A DNA stretch of 64,000 bases from Cenococcum geophilum. Its lineage: Eukaryota. The notes under the pieces are model-generated. The model saw nothing but the letters and a program-made list of their open reading frames with translations. It made no database searches and was not told where the DNA came from. Numbering within the stretch: position 1 is the first letter of the stretch; every line of letters begins with the position of its first letter. The stretch lies in assembly GCA_050273025.1 (NCBI GenBank), contig CP158636.1, positions 2,480,001 through 2,544,000 on the forward strand. The letters are read 5' to 3'. Shown piece by piece: positions 1 through 12,800 of this stretch. Made by a program: the position numbers and the translations under genes.

Positions 1-401
1 GCGGCTTGCCTGTCGAACACACTGACCGAATCTTCCGGGGCCTCGCAAAACTTTACATCGAATCGTATCACATTTGGCTGTGCTACACGGTTGAGAATGG
101 TATTGAGCCTATAGACGATCTAAAATCCCAAATCGCCAAAGCAGAGGAGAAGTTGAAAGCTAGCCCTACGGATACATTCTCTGTCGACTTCATTGCTGTT
201 GCCAAAGAGTTACAAATCCACACCAATCGAGTTGACTCCCTTGAAAGACTTGACACCCGCATCCTAGAACAGGAGTATATTATTGTGGGATTTGGGGAAT
301 TGAGCAAAGCATACGAACTTGCGGAAGAATACTTGAAGATGCACATGGCACGTGAGCTTGAGGCGTTGCTTGGGGAGAAGCGCAGGGGAGTTGGTATTTA
401 A
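1..401 (+). CDS. 3' end of a hypothetical protein (open at window edge)
   Basis: Open frame from the window start to TAA at 399-401, helical and charged composition, no RIP stops, no recognisable domain. Confidence 0.4.
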   Translation, partial: GLPVEHTDRIFRGLAKLYIESYHIWLCYTVENGIEPIDDLKSQIAKAEEKLKASPTDTFSVDFIAVAKELQIHTNRVDSLERLDTRILEQEYIIVGFGELSKAYELAEEYLKMHMARELEALLGEKRRGVGI

Positions 402-737
402 GATAAAATATAGTCAGATTCTCCCATTTCTGGTTAGGGTAGGGAGAAAGAGGCGCAGCATTGCGAAGGGAATAAGTTAATGGCGTCCAGGCAAAGATCA
501 GTGGTGTGGGGTTCCACAATGAGGCTGTGCAGCTGTGCTTCCTGTCCGTGCTCAAGGCTGAGCGCTTCCTGCTTTAGTTTCTCCTCACAGGACTTGTTTC
601 TTTTAATGACAGTGCCTGCCTGTCGGGTCATCTATATTTGATCTTAAAACATCTCCATTTCTCATCGCTTATTGTGTTGCCATCACTTCAACAGGGATCT
701 GCGGAACTACCACTCCAACCAAACTGGCCACCACGGG

Positions 738-2066
738 ATGGGACTATTGAGAAGTCTTTGGTGCTGGAGAATCCCTCAGGAGCGGCGCGAAGAAATTACC
801 CGCGAAGAAATTACCCGCGAAGAGCTTATCCAAAGGTTGGCTTTTTGCCAAGATAGCTTAAGCAGTCCACAAGAGCATTCGGAGACGGCCATCGCGCGGG
901 TTCCAACTATGACTGGGGAAAACCAGCAATTTCACATAGATCATTCCTCTAGCTCTAGGTATGGTCAAGGAAATGCCCGATCAACAGAATCACACCTTAT
1001 GAACCTTCCGGTTGAGCTTATACAACACATTGCAGCATTCGCTGACCCGCCAGCTGCTGCGGCCCTCACTCTCGTCAGCCGGCCTTTATGCGCCGTCATT
1101 GGCACGCAAGCATGGGAGAACGTTTCGAAAGACATGGACAGCCTTGAAGACAGGGAGCGGTTTCTTCTGCTCCTTGAGAGAGATTTATTGCTGTTCTGCT
1201 ACTGCCCCAGGTGCAAAATCTTGCATCGGAGGTTCCTCCCGGGAGTCCCGTTCACGCCGCATCCTGTCGACAAGCATGATCGCGGTATTAACGCTTATCT
1301 CCCAAGTCCAGGAGATCACGTTCATTACCGTGATGTCCGGTCTGTGATGAAGCGGCATTTCTGGGGTAAAGAGTACGGCCAGCCCCTCAAAATCCTCTAC
1401 CGCGACGTGGAGGTTCAGAAACCGAGTTATTTGATCCAGTATCACGCCCGGGCTCGAATTATTGCAGATGAGCTTATCCTCCGCATGCGCTGGAAATTGT
1501 CTAACTTGGAGCCACTCGAGCCCGTAAGTCTGGAAATATGTCCTCACCAGATTCTTCACACGACACCCTCGAACAATCGAACCATCCTTATGCATCCAGC
1601 CCGAAACGCACTAGGGAATATCATTAATTGTAAGTGGCTCCATGCACATCCAGAACGACCAAAATGTAGCCAGTGCTGGTGGCGGAGGGAGAAGAGCAAA
1701 TGCACCCACATATCTAAGCAACCAGAATCTGAAGGACCGGTATCCTGCTCAATGTGCGACGGCGTTAGACGGTGTGGGCACTGTGCCACGGACTTCGAGG
1801 TCTCTGTTGTCATGAAGTCGCGGGAATGGGAGATCCACATCGACTCTTGGCTCAATCTCGGACATGGGAGCTCTCTGGATGACCCTAAGTGGAAATCTCA
1901 TAAGATGGGATCGAGTGATTGGGCCTTATCTGGGGAAGGGGAAGCTCATGCCGACTCGCTGCCTCCACCAGGGAGTATTAAGCGGGCTTATTACAGCCTC
2001 GAGCCTCTGGATGATATCAAGGAGCCTTCTTGGTGGGGTCGGGGGTCGTATAATGAGAGATCATGA
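738..2066 (+). CDS. F-box-like domain protein
   Basis: First ATG in the 672..2066 frame is at 738 (MGLLRSLWCW). F-box-like motif LMNLPVELIQHIAAF...AAALTLVSRPL, followed by FLLLLERD..YCPRCKILH, C-x2-C clusters and WLNLG...DPKW, typical of fungal F-box proteins. Confidence 0.75.
   Translation: MGLLRSLWCWRIPQERREEITREEITREELIQRLAFCQDSLSSPQEHSETAIARVPTMTGENQQFHIDHSSSSRYGQGNARSTESHLMNLPVELIQHIAAFADPPAAAALTLVSRPLCAVIGTQAWENVSKDMDSLEDRERFLLLLERDLLLFCYCPRCKILHRRFLPGVPFTPHPVDKHDRGINAYLPSPGDHVHYRDVRSVMKRHFWGKEYGQPLKILYRDVEVQKPSYLIQYHARARIIADELILRMRWKLSNLEPLEPVSLEICPHQILHTTPSNNRTILMHPARNALGNIINCKWLHAHPERPKCSQCWWRREKSKCTHISKQPESEGPVSCSMCDGVRRCGHCATDFEVSVVMKSREWEIHIDSWLNLGHGSSLDDPKWKSHKMGSSDWALSGEGEAHADSLPPPGSIKRAYYSLEPLDDIKEPSWWGRGSYNERS
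786..823 (+). repeat. 15-bp tandem duplication inside the F-box CDS (REEIT x2.5)
   Basis: cgcgaagaaattacc x2 plus cgcgaaga; the frame is preserved. Confidence 0.9.
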
Positions 2067-3407
2067 AGCACATGAAGCTTTCGGTCATTTATTCAGAAGT
2101 TTATAATTTGTAATTGATAATGTAACAAAGCGAAGTTCGGTTGTGGGACTGACTGTGCTGAGGTGTACGCCTCCTTGTGTTTGGCGGTAACTACGTGTCT
2201 CACTAACATCCACCGCGTCGGAACTCTTGAAAATCTTTGTATCCTTCCAAGGGAATATCCCTTGAAGGGAATATATCTTTAAGGCTCCCTCATTCTTTTC
2301 TTACCGCTTTTTCTCTGACTCATTCCCTTGTGTGCTAGCTTCACTAGGAACTAGCCATAAAGAGGCTGGAGCCATAAAAAGGCTGGCATCATATATCCTG
2401 AATGCCTGCCATGATCGTCGCTACGGAGTTCCACATGCATGTGTTCAAATTTGGTCGCGATGAGTCGAACGAAGCCAAGATGTCGGCGCTTAACTTCTTT
2501 CCTAACCTTCTCTATGGCTATTGCTCTCACCAATCACACTACATAAAAATCTGCATATTTCCACACAAAGACAAACACCATAGCCTCCAAACTCCCCGCC
2601 AGTGTGTCCAAGAGTTAGCTACGCTGTCAGCTTCGCTGCCAAGAGGCTGATAACGTAAGCAGTCAGCGAGCTTATAGAGTTGTGACAGTCAGTCAGCTAT
2701 AAAACTGCAGCTAGCTGGCAGCTCGCTGTCTTGGCGGTAAGATTTGGTAGTAAGTTAAAGCTTTTATTAGAAGTTAAGGATATTTAGACCTTTAGCTAAG
2801 ATCTAGTTAAGCTTACTAGTAAATATAAATACTAAGTTGTTAATAAGCGGTTACTATTAGGTAAAGCTCCTATATTACTAATATAAAAGTATAAAGTAAT
2901 CCTTTTTTAATACGGTCTTTTAGGAAGAAAGAGGCTCTAGTTTAAAGACTACGCGTTTTACTTATAATTAGTAGTAATAATTATATTAATAACTATATAA
3001 AATTAAAGCATAACCTTATTATTAACTCTAAAAGTTATAGTAGTTATAAACGCTAGCCGTTTTAGACAGCTAACTATATTTATATATATATTAATTAAAT
3101 AATTCTATAAGATATTACCTTCCGTTAAGGTATAAGTCCTTTTATACGCGCTCTACTAATATCTAACAGTCTTTAGATCTAGGACTATATTATAAAGGCG
3201 CCTATATTACTAAGCAATTAGATTAAAACTATATTTAAATAGTAACGTATTAATAATAAAGACCTCCTTCTTACTATACTTAGTAAAATTAATCTTATTT
3301 ATTATATCTAGATATCTATAAATAGAATATTACTACTTAGTATTGTAGCTTATTTTATTAATAAAGGTAAAAGGCTTTAGTACTTTTATGCCTTTTATAA
3401 CTATAAG

Positions 3408-3675
3408 TGTATAATTATAGTACCTGTTATACCAAACGCGTGCTTACGCGTTCGGTACACTAGGTACGCGTTTACGCGTTCAGTGCACCAACCACTCGCT
3501 TACGCGTCTGGTGCACTTATAAAGCACTAACTAATTAGGGGGGAGGTGCATCAGTATATAGACTACGTAGTCTACTTTATATAATCGACAGTCACCATCC
3601 AAATAAGCATACAATACTACATGTATTTCGTGCCCGTAGATATAACTTACTCGTGCTATTAAGTTAGTACAAACA
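3408..3675 (+). repeat. 5' LTR of copia-1
   Basis: tgtataatt...aaca; the same sequence recurs at 9547, 17934 and 24019. Confidence 0.95.
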
Positions 3676-6600
3676 CTAATTAGTAAGCGCGCACAGATTA
3701 GCAATTACTTAATACCTCCCCCCGAGCGATACTTGATAGCAACTACCCGTTTAGACTTCTAGTACGACCTACTAGAAGGTTAGAAGTTGGGGATTATGGA
3801 CTTATCTCTAACTCTATATACTTATTTAAGTCTTAGTATAGTTTACTAGAAGTATAATAGACGTGAATATAGACCTATACGGAACCCCCTACCCTTAAAC
3901 CTTAAACCCCTATCCCTACTACACCCTCTTTTAATACCTCTAACGTCTTTTCAGACCCCTTACGGAGACCCCCTACCTTTTTACAAACTACTACGGACCT
4001 ATTAAGACCCCTTACGGATACCCTTACCCTTCTACGAACCGCTATGGACATTAACCGCCTTTACGGACCACTATAAGACCTCTTCCACCCACTGCGTACT
4101 ATACTACACTATATAGTATAGCAGACCTAAGGAAGTAAGTCGATAAAGGCTAGGAAAAGTGGAGGTAGGGAGTTAACCTTACGTCCATACCTAACGTTAA
4201 CAACTATATTAAATTTAAAGTTCTTAAATATAAATATTTCAAGCTTATAAACGTCAACCTATAGGAGCAATACTAGAAAGACTTCGCGGACTTTACGGAA
4301 GCTATCTTTAAAGTATATAACCCTACTACCATCCGTAACCTACGGACCCTCTTACGTAACTAAGGTATATAGGTTAAAAGGAATAAACAAGTTACTGTTG
4401 TATAGTCCTTATATAATATAATACACAAGAAGGACTAAACGGAATAGACTAAAGAGGAAATCCTAGACCAGTTCTAAGAAACTAAGGAACTCTTTGCTTT
4501 TTTTAAACTTAATATAATTACTAGTCTTATACCTAACCTACTTAACCAAATTCGTCCTATAAACCTAAGCAGTTTTAGAATTAATTTTACGGGCTAAAGT
4601 ATACCTAGTACTTAAGTTACGGACTGTAATACCCCCGCAAACCAAAATACGGACCAAATTACCCCTGTTATTTAAGTTATAGATCCGTAAGCTATATATC
4701 CGCAAACCATAAATCTATAAGTTATAGATCCGCAACCCACCTAACTAAAGACCTATGGTAAGGAGCTAGCTAACCTAGCTAAGCTCTATACCGATGAATC
4801 TAAGTATAGCGGCGAAAATGATAACTTTAACTTTAAACTAACTATCTTTACGGACCTCTACTAGAAGGCTAATATTCCTAAATAAGAGTTTAGCCAAGCC
4901 TACTCTACTATGCTGCGCGGCCTAGCACTTAACTACTATTACACTAACCTTAAGAGTAACCCCCTTAGTGTTCCTTTTAATAAGCTATGCAAAGCTATAT
5001 ATAACTACTTTAAAGGACCGAAATATAAGTGTAATATCCTTACCTAATAGAATACAACCAAGCTACGGACCGTAATGGACAAGAACACTAAAAAATCGAC
5101 TATAGAGTGCCTGCAAATCCTTATTAAAGACCTCCGCCACCTATAGTACGGTTTTAATATTAAGCTTTAAACGGACGACTTCCTATATAATAAACTTATT
5201 ACGGCCTACTAGGAAGTAGAGCCTTGTAAGTACGCCTGCTACAAGCCTATAGATACCTTAGCTAGCCTTATTAATAATCTACGCTCCTTTATTACAACGT
5301 ATAAAGTCTTAAACCCACTAGGCAGCACTTAAGCCTTTATTACGGATATTTAATATCTATAAATAGACTTAAACGTCTACTTTACGGACCGCCGCTACCG
5401 CTAGCAGCACCTATACCGACTAAGTCCTACCTGTAACCCCTACAGCAACCCCCGTATGAAAACATACCCCTATAAATAAACTAGCCAGAAGTGCTTCGTA
5501 TGCGGTAAGGAAGGATATTAGTCTATAAGGCATACCTGGGAAGAACGTAATAAGTCTAGGAAGAGACTTAATAGTCGTATTAATTAGTTTATTTTAGAAT
5601 ACAAAGGAGAGGAAGTAGAAGAGCCCCCTAATAAGTTAATAGAAGCCCTTATAATTAACTTTAACTTAAATGCTTAGGAATAAGAGACCTTAGAGATATT
5701 CCTAACTACTTTTAGACCTTTTACGGACAGCTAAGCCTTTAATATTATGACCGTATTAGCTGACCGTTCCTTTATATACTTAATTACGCCTAAAAACCAT
5801 TTTATAAGTACCCCTGTTATAAACGTTATAGATTATAAGCAGGACCTATTTGCATATATCACTATAGAACGCTATACCCCTAAGGAATTTTATGGTGTTA
5901 TAATTAATATAGGCGCCTCTAAGAAGTCTACTATAGGCTATGGACAATACCTTATATATAGGACCACCGCAAATAACAATACGGACATTAATATTACGCA
6001 AACTGGGGCCGTAAACGTCTAATTCGGCATTAGCTTAACTATATTAATTAAATTAGTTACAGTTAAGACCCTAATTAGCCTAGTTAACTTCCATATAGTA
6101 AAAGCAGACACCCCTTTTTTACTTTGCCTTACGGACATGGATAGGTTATAGGTTTACTATAATAATATTACGGACACCTTAATCGGCCCTGTAACTGCCC
6201 TAGGAAGCAAGCATATTACCCTACTAATTATACGACGATTTGGACACCCGTTCCTTATATAGGGAGAGACTTTATAAACCTATATTTAGGAATCTTTTAA
6301 CTATAACCCGTGCTACCTTACTAGTATGGAGATCTACTATCTACACCGCCGTTTTGGCTACCCGTTAGCTGAAAAGCTATATAGAGTCCTTGAACGCTTT
6401 AGACATGACAATATTAATAGGAAGGCAGTTAATTACCTAACTAAATACTGCTCCTTTTGCTAGAAATACGGACGTTTCCTAGGCCGATTTAAGTTCACCC
6501 TTTATAAGGACCTTAACTTTAACCACTTAGTATATATAGACATTATATATATTAACGGCAGCCTAGTATTACATATAATTAATAAGGTAACCCACTACTA

Positions 6601-9546
6601 AGCCGCCTATTAGTTGCAAAATATATCTATAAAGCATACTTAGGATATTTTATAGACCTACTAGATTAATATATACGTTAGACCTCCTAAGTATATTACC
6701 TACGACGCTAATAGGAACTTTATTAGTAAGGAATTCTAGTAGTATACTATAGCTATAGCTATATTAACAAAAGCTGTTTCAGTTAAGGCATATTAGTCCG
6801 TTGGGTTTATTAAGTGAGCTTACCCAGCTCTATAGAGAGCTTATTAGATTATTACGGATAAGTATAAGGATATCTAAAAGGAACTGGCTTTATAGATGGC
6901 CGTAAAAGCCGTTAATGACACCGCTGGCCCTAACGGACTAGTACCTACCCTCTTGGTTTACGGAGCCTATTTAAAGATAAGCAACCTAGGCCCCCCTGCT
7001 CTGTCTATTACGGAACGAGCAGCTATAATATAGAAGGTAATGGCCGAAATAGTTAAATTATGGGCTAAACAAACTATTAATAACGCCCTGTACTACCGCA
7101 ATGGACCTAATATAACTTTAGTATATAACCTCCCGCTTAACTCTAAAGTCCTTATATGGCGTGAAAGCGGTAGTTAAAATGGACCTTACCGTCTACTGGC
7201 CGTAGAAAATGAGACGTGCTGCGTATAGCTTCCTAGCGGGCTAACTAGCTTTAGAAGTACGTCTATAAAACCCTACTTTTGGCCCGAAAACACCTATAAC
7301 GTTGAGCTAGATAAACTAGAAGCAACCGCCGAACTAGATAAACTAGAAACGACTACTGAATTAGATAAACTAGAGGCACCCTTGCCTACCCTAGAGGTCC
7401 CCTAGAAACCTATTAAACCTATTAAACCTGCCGTAAAGCGTAGCTGAGGACGCCCTTATAAGAATCCCGTAATGGAGAACTACTTAACCTCTGTAGGTAT
7501 ATCTATAAAGCAATCTCCGCCTGCGGATATATTAGTTCTAGTATAGGAAACCCCTTTTACGGACTTATGGTGTAAAGAGATTAATGGACTACTTAAAAAG
7601 GGTATCTTTGCGATTATAACGGAGAGAGACGTTCCGTAAGGCATTTGTATATTTAACTTACGCTTTGTTAATGAGATTAAGCACCCTAGTACTAATAAAG
7701 CCTTTAAGAAATTAAGGCTTATTATATAAGCTTATAATGACTAGGGAAAGGACCTAATCCTTACGTAATCGCCTACAATTTAACGGGTCAGTTAATGGAT
7801 TATACTCGCACTTACGCCTAGACTATAGTAAATTAAATCTATAGCCCTTTACTTACGGGATATTTTATAAGCCTATGTGTAGTCTAATACCTACCTAAGT
7901 AGGGATATCTTTATACGACTACCCTATAAGCTTAACCTATAACTAGGAATAATTTTATGGGTTATAAAACCTCTTTATAGAGTACTAGAAGCTAGAAACT
8001 ATTAGTTTAAGACATACTATTAGCACTACGTTAGTAAGCTTAAAATGGAATAGTTGACCTATAACCCCTACCTCCTATACAGCCTATTGAACGGCCTTAG
8101 TATTGTTAGACTCTAAATAGATAATACCCTCTTTTTAGCAGACCGGAAATTTGCGGACGCTAAAGAGACTAAATTATAAGAAGCTAAGTTCCTAGTAAAG
8201 CCGCGAGAGCAGTTAATTAAGTAGACTCTAATTAAGTTTAATGGAGGCTTAATTATATAAAAGGGCAACTTAATCTAGCTAACCTAGGAATACTAAGCTT
8301 AAAACCTAAAGCTTATTATAGTAAAGCCTACGGACCTTACTAGTTTCTACGGAGAGACCTATAAAACTATAAATATAAAAGACTAATACGCTATATAGCG
8401 TGTAAGAGGCGCCTATATTGCTATAGTCTACTAACCCAAATCTACTTATAACTTATCCTTTACGGCCTAGACAGTAGATCTATAAGAAGAAAATATTAAG
8501 TAGCTTAATAAGCGCATTTAGTGGCAAATTGATAATGTAGTAAGGGGACTTACTTTCGTACCACTAGACCTAAGTTCCCTTAGCTTACTAGTATTTATAG
8601 ACACCTTCTTTGCCAATAATAAAGACCTATTATTATAAATCGGCTTTATAATTGTACTTACGGACTATAATTAGGACGCAAATATACTATACTAGTCTTT
8701 AATTAAGTGTAAATGAGTAACCCGTAGTGTACTAGTTTCTAAACTATATATACTAGCTTATGGATTTAATATAGTAGCTATAATCAAATTAACGGTCTAG
8801 AAGATTCTATAACTGGAGCAGTTACCCCTGGTTTTATACACCGATTTAAAGTCCCTTTATAACTGCCTAGTTAAACTAGGTATAATATAAGAGAAGAGGC
8901 TTATAGTTGACCTAATATGCTTACGTTAGGCCTATAAATAACGTGAGATTATAGAGGTTAAATGGATCAGTAGCGGAGATAACCTAGTAGACGCTATAAC
9001 TAAGGCAAAGCCGTATTAAGCCCTTAAAACCCTAATTAATATAAATAAGCTTAACCTAAAAGTTATAAAATGGGTAGAACGGGACTAATGGAGTACCTAT
9101 GGTACGCCTATAGCCCGTTAGAAGGCTGTACGGCTTATTATACGGCCTATTTTACGGACCGTAAGCTATTAGGTAGAAAAACGGTAGAAAGCTGTAATAG
9201 AACTTAGTAGACTCACGTGACCTGCTAAATTCTGCTATATTCTGCCATAGTAGTCAAATCAACTAATCACGATTTTCTATACCGGGCATGGAAAATCGCC
9301 ATTGGCTCGCTTAGCACTAGCGCCTTAGCGGCCCTTAAAATCTGACTTACTGCCTATCAAAAGGCCGTACGGTTTATTTTACGGACTATAAGCAGGACTT
9401 ACGGCTAGCTTAAGGTACCGTTTAAAAGGCAGCCTAGATGGCACCTTAGGGGAGATTTCCTATGTATTTTCCTTTATATTCTATAGTTTTATTAAAGAAA
9501 TTACAGAGGCTGTATATAGGTGGTTTTATTTTTTAAGTACTGCTAG

Positions 9547-9814
9547 TATATAATTACAGCACCTGTTATACCAAACACGTGCTTACGCGTTCGGTACACC
9601 AGGTACGCGTTTACGCGTTTAGTGCACTAACCACTCGCTTACGCGTCTGGTATACTTATAAAGCACTAACTAATTAGGGGGGAGGTGCATCAGTATATAG
9701 ACCACGTAGTCTGCTTTATATAATTGATAGTCACCATCTAAACAAGCATACAATACTACATGTATTTCGTGCCCGTGGATACGACTCACTCGTGCTATTA
9801 AGTTAGTACGAACA
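9547..9814 (+). repeat. 3' LTR of copia-1
   Basis: 268-bp direct repeat of 3408-3675; the initial TG is mutated to TA. Confidence 0.95.
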
Positions 9815-12800
9815 ATAAGGATTCTACTTTACTAAAAATATATTAACGGCCCTAGTACTAATAATTTAAAAGTATTAATTTAATCATAAGCTTAGCCTCT
9901 TAATAGCTAATAATACTAGTAATAATAATAAGTATTATAACTACCCTTTATAAAGCCTCTTAGTAGCTAAAAAGGGGTAGCTTAAGTGCGTTAGCTATAT
10001 TATTACCCTTAAGCTTAAAGAAAGTCCGTTAATATTAGCTATAATCTATTATAGAACGCGTTTACTTTTACTAAGTAGAAATAGTAACCCTAGTAATAGA
10101 AGTACGCCAAGCGGTATATAGAGACTCTATTTAATAGCTATATTAATAAGTAAGTAAATAAGGAAGATAAGGAACTAGTTAAGCAATAATATAAAAAGGC
10201 TCCTTATAAATCTAATAATAATTTAAATAATAAATATACAGTTTTTAGATATAGATAGGAGTTTTTCTTCCTTAAAGTATAATTAAAAGCGTATTAAGCT
10301 TACTAATAAGCTTAACCGCTACTATAATATAGGCTTTAAGTCTATTAAGATTAATTTTAATAATAGTAATAAACGGAATATTATTATTTCTAATCCTCTT
10401 AACTAGTAGCTTAAAATCAGTTAAATTCTTTATCTAATACTTACTAAAATTACTCTTAATATATTCTTTATACTAGTAATAAACTCTTTATATATAACCG
10501 AGCCTTTAATTAAGATAAAAGAATTATTATTAATAAGTATAATAGATTATTAGCCGATATAATTAAAGTATATTAATATTAGAAGTAGCAGTTAATTAAA
10601 GGCCTTTTATTAAGTAGTTTAATTAACTATATTAACTCTAGTAGGGCTTTAACTATACTTTAGTTAATAAGTTTAAATATTAATCTTATTAACTATAAGC
10701 TAACTATAGAGGTAAAAAGGCTAGCTTAGTAAAATATATTTAATAGAGCTTTATATTTAATTAAATTTTATATAAAAATAGAGCCTTTAGAGCCTTTCCT
10801 ACTAACTATTTTACCTATTTTTTTTAAGCTTTTATAGGTATATAAGATCAATTTAGCTATATTTAAATACTGTATTAGGTAAATTAGGGTCGAATTTTAA
10901 TTAAGTAATATTTATATTTATATATAGAGAGGTACCACTAAAATCCGCAATAAAATACTATAAAGTCTATACTACTTTCCTAATTGGGACAGCTAGCTGG
11001 CAGCTTCACAGTCAGCGTACGTTATCCGACAGCCAGCGGACAGCGAGCGATCCAATTAACGCAGTCAGTCAGCTATTTTTCTCAAGATCGCAGCTAAGCT
11101 GACTGTTGGACACACTGCTCCCCGCTCCCCCATTCGACCCAGAGCCGCAAAGCCATAAACTACGACAACTCCCGCGCAGAAGCCGACGTCTCGCGCTTCC
11201 AGCGGGAAACAAGTCCGGTCTTCACGGACGCTATCGCCGGCCGGCCCATCCACCACGAAGAATGCAGCATCGCCGGCCCTGACGGCAATGCTCTCACGCT
11301 CTCCCTATTCCGCCCCGCCGCATCCTAGCACTCCCCTGCACACCGCCCCTGCATCTACCAGACGCACGGCGGCGGCCTCGCGGGCGGGAACTGCTTCCTG
11401 GGAATGCACGAAATCCTGACTGGGCGCTGCGGCTCGACTCTGGTCGTTGTGAGCGTCGAGTTCCGCCAGCCGCCTGAGCACCGCTACCCCGCCGCCGCCG
11501 AGGATTGTTATGCGGGGCTGGTGTGGACGACGGCGCATGCGACGGAGCTGCGGATTGGCCTCGGGATGCTGGCCATCGTTGGCGCGTCGGCGGGCGGCGG
11601 GCTGGCGGTTGCGACGGCGCTGATGGCGAGGGATAGGGGTGAGCCGCGGTTGAGGGCGCAGGTGCTAATTTATCTGATGCTAGATTGTCGTGGGGTGACT
11701 GTGTCGAGTGAGCAGTTTGTGGGCGATGGGATTATGTGGGATCACGAGTTGAATAAGCGGTCGTGGAGACGGTATTATGCTCCTTCCAATGTAGACTCCA
11801 CTTACAAGGAACTGCTCTTCCCCACTGTGGTCACTGATGCCTTCTGTAATCTCTCTATGGCCAATTGTAGGGATCCACTTCATGAGCGTTTCTCGTTCAT
11901 TAGTCCAGTTTATAGCGCTGCTGTATAGTTGTATTCCTTAAGACTCCGTCAAGTATGGCCCGGATATTAGCACAGAAAGGCGTCTGCTATTAGTTGCATC
12001 CTTAAATGCCAGCTTTTCTACAAGCAAACCGAAGTTCGAGGTTAACGCTGGGTCTCACTAAACAAGTTTTCGTCCATACTATCCTCCGCCTCTAATAACT
12101 TATCCCCATACGAACAACACATCCCGCAGAACGCACTACTGAATTTACCGTACTTGTCCTGGCCAGTAATTAACGCGATAAGTTCCGCAGCCGTTGGTCG
12201 TGCGTTACGGTCCACCTATAGCATTTCCTAAATCCACTCGATAACTCTATTGTTAGATATAGACTTAATCTTCTCCAGTTTAGAAATCATCTTAACTATA
12301 GCATAAGAATTTGTGCGAACGTAAAATTTACCCGATCCGTAGTGGGCGAAGTAATCTTTTATCCAATCTACGTTGTGTCCCTTAAGAACGGCAAATATCT
12401 CTAGGAAGACATAACCTAATGACCATATATCCAACGAGGAGTTTCGGCGGTTATGCATTGCCACTTTAGGCGCACAGTATCGGGATGTTAGACTTATAAA
12501 ACCGGAAGTTGTACTGCTTACTCTAGTAGAATCACGGGACAAGCCAAAGTTGGTAAGAAGCATATTATCGTGATTAACAAGAATCAGCGTGGTTTTCGAT
12601 ATCAATACTGCCAATAATTTACCTCAGCGAGCTCAGACGCGATTTTTTAGCTAGCATCGGAATAACCTAAGCCGTCTTCCGAATTGCAAAATCACGTCTG
12701 AGAGGCTTTGGCGAGTTTTGTTAAAAGCATAAGCACAATCCGCAAAACGGATATTGCGGATATCTAATTTATTTATTCATATAACGCGTTATTATTACTA

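Larger units (their letters stand above)
3408..9814 (+). mobile_element. Ty1/copia LTR retrotransposon, copy 1 (full length, RIP-inactivated)
   Basis: 268-bp LTRs at 3408-3675 and 9547-9814; 5-bp TSD ataag. Gag KELANLAKLYTDESKYSGEND, zinc knuckle KCFVCGKEG, protease IINIGAS (ex-DTGAS), integrase LHRRFGYP, then RT and RNase H remnants, in PR-IN-RT-RH order. Confidence 0.95.
2600..11117 (+). mobile_element. hAT DNA transposon 1 (RIP-inactivated, copia-1 nested inside)
   Basis: TIR cagtgtgtccaa... matches 23/27 at both ends. 8-bp TSD ctccccgc at 2592-2599 and 11118-11125. Subterminal cagtcagtcagcta repeats. RIP-degraded transposase motifs on +: I*ISINRILLLSIVAYFI (DxWTS...GIVAHF), KLSLLIANNTSNNN (ADNASNND), KCVSYII (CxxH). 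Confidence 0.92.
2580..11775 (+). pseudogene. alpha/beta hydrolase (HSL-like, Abhydrolase_3-type esterase) pseudogene, interrupted by hAT-1 and 3'-truncated
   Basis: Joining 2580-2599 to 11126 gives ATA(ex-ATG)-ASKLPAPPFDPE. Downstream are HGGG, VSVEFRQPPEHRYPAAAEDCYAGL and GASAGGGLA. There is an in-frame TAG near 11326 and a frameshift after FDPE. Similarity and GC content end after WRRY (~11775). Confidence 0.85.

Noticed and set aside
2240..2285. Short hairpin ccttccaaggga...tcccttgaagg resembling MITE A ends
   Set aside because: Too short and imperfect to call as an element or a footprint.
11404..11928. 174-aa ORF as an intact esterase
   Set aside because: It starts after the HGGG motif, has an upstream stop and insertion, and its last ~50 aa come from unrelated sequence past a breakpoint.
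12228..12614. Stand-alone small kinase
   Set aside because: It is only the C-lobe fragment of the split pseudogene, and its first residues come from the hAT-2 TIR.
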